A stretch of 64,000 nt of DNA. Source: Candidatus Scatocola faecigallinarum (GTDB lineage: Bacteria > Pseudomonadota > Alphaproteobacteria > RF32 > CAG-239). The notes below the pieces were generated by a model. That model worked only from the letters and a program-made list of their open reading frames with translations, was not told the origin of the DNA and made no database searches. Location: assembly GCA_018713605.1 (NCBI GenBank), contig DVOM01000036.1, positions 14,268 to 78,267 on the forward strand, in the 5' to 3' direction. The translations under genes were made by a program, and so were the position numbers. Below, piece by piece: positions 63,592 to 64,000 of this stretch. Positions within the stretch are counted from its first letter, which is position 1, and each line of letters starts with the position of its first letter.

Positions 63592-64000
63592 ATGGAAAAG
63601 AATCAGCGCGCATTAAGAATAAAGGCGTTTCTGGAAAAAGACTGCGGGCTTGCCGGATATCGTCTGGAAGACATGGTAACGGACGCTTCGGTGCGCAGAT
63701 ATTTCAGGGTTGTGCGGGCCGACGGGTCGACGGCGGTGCTGATGGACGACGAAAGTCCGTATACGAAAATCCGCGAGTTCGTCAAAATTGACAGCCTGTT
63801 GCGTGGTATCGGCGTACGGGCGCCGGAAATTCTGGCGCAGAAAACCGAAGAGGGCTTTTTGCTGCTGGAGGATTTCGGCGACAGGGATTTTGCCGCAGTT
63901 CTGGACGGCAGAAACGATGCGGCCGTCTTTAAACTGGCCGTTGATGCTTTGCTGAAAATTTATAAGGATGCCCGGCGTCCCGATTATGTCAAAGACATGG
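63592..64000 (+). CDS. Aminoglycoside-phosphotransferase-fold kinase, AmgK-like (MurNAc/GlcNAc anomeric kinase); 3' end off the window
   Basis: My own translation from the ATG at 63592 is open to the window end: MEKNQRALRIKAFLEKDCGLAGYRLEDMVTDASVRRYFRVVRADGSTAVLMDDE...GFLLLEDFGD. 'DASVRRYFR' and 'LLLEDFGD' fit my memory of the AmgK/APH-type N-lobe. Confidence 0.65.
   Translation, partial: MEKNQRALRIKAFLEKDCGLAGYRLEDMVTDASVRRYFRVVRADGSTAVLMDDESPYTKIREFVKIDSLLRGIGVRAPEILAQKTEEGFLLLEDFGDRDFAAVLDGRNDAAVFKLAVDALLKIYKDARRPDYVKDM

Overview
The window is a bacterial chromosome segment in two parts. Conserved neighbourhoods (DUF3576 lipoprotein-leuS-lptE-holA and rpmH-rnpA-yidD-yidC-engB) fit a Gram-negative genome, most likely an alphaproteobacterium; that assignment is inference. 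(1) Bases 1 to about 12,600 are visibly AT-rich (judged by eye, not computed) and look like a mosaic mobile or defence island. They hold a decayed phage packaging module: a ParB-methylase, a DUF5681-like protein and a large terminase with an in-frame TAG. Next comes an XRE-controlled cargo operon with an EEP-family nuclease. After that sits a compact HigB / HigA-ImmA / Beta-protein-like / sce7726-like nuclease cluster, followed by a hypothetical gene and an AlbA_2 (Schlafen-like) ATPase that carries a 12-bp x4 in-frame repeat. No integrase or att site is visible, and the left boundary of the island lies outside the window. (2) From about 12,640 onward the sequence is GC-richer core genome. It includes a membrane polyferredoxin-tatA-tatC-secreted flavodoxin cluster, a nicotianamine-synthase-like gene with a near-consensus Fur box facing a fur-M20-GNAT operon, rsmB, leuS-lptE-holA, the rpmH-rnpA-yidD-yidC-engB block, dnaB, rpmB and tRNA-Arg(CCG). 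An 18-bp duplicate of the tRNA 3' end lies 197 bp downstream of the tRNA copy, and a CfxA/CblA-like class A beta-lactamase lies just beyond it. Further genes are a CPA2 antiporter, a membrane pyrophosphatase, a CDF transporter, a fused ABC-2/GldG/DUF4340 permease with its ATPase, rlmB, and murQ plus an amgK-like kinase. The signals I consider most worth follow-up are (a) the HigB/HigA-ImmA/Beta/sce7726 locus as a candidate uncharacterised conflict system, (b) a roughly 177-nt highly structured RNA with its own promoter and an intrinsic terminator directly upstream of a small XRE gene, which has riboswitch/attenuator-like architecture, and (c) the Fur-box-controlled nicotianamine-synthase-like gene. 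All calls rest on reading the sequence and the supplied ORF translations. No database search was run, and family names are from memory.
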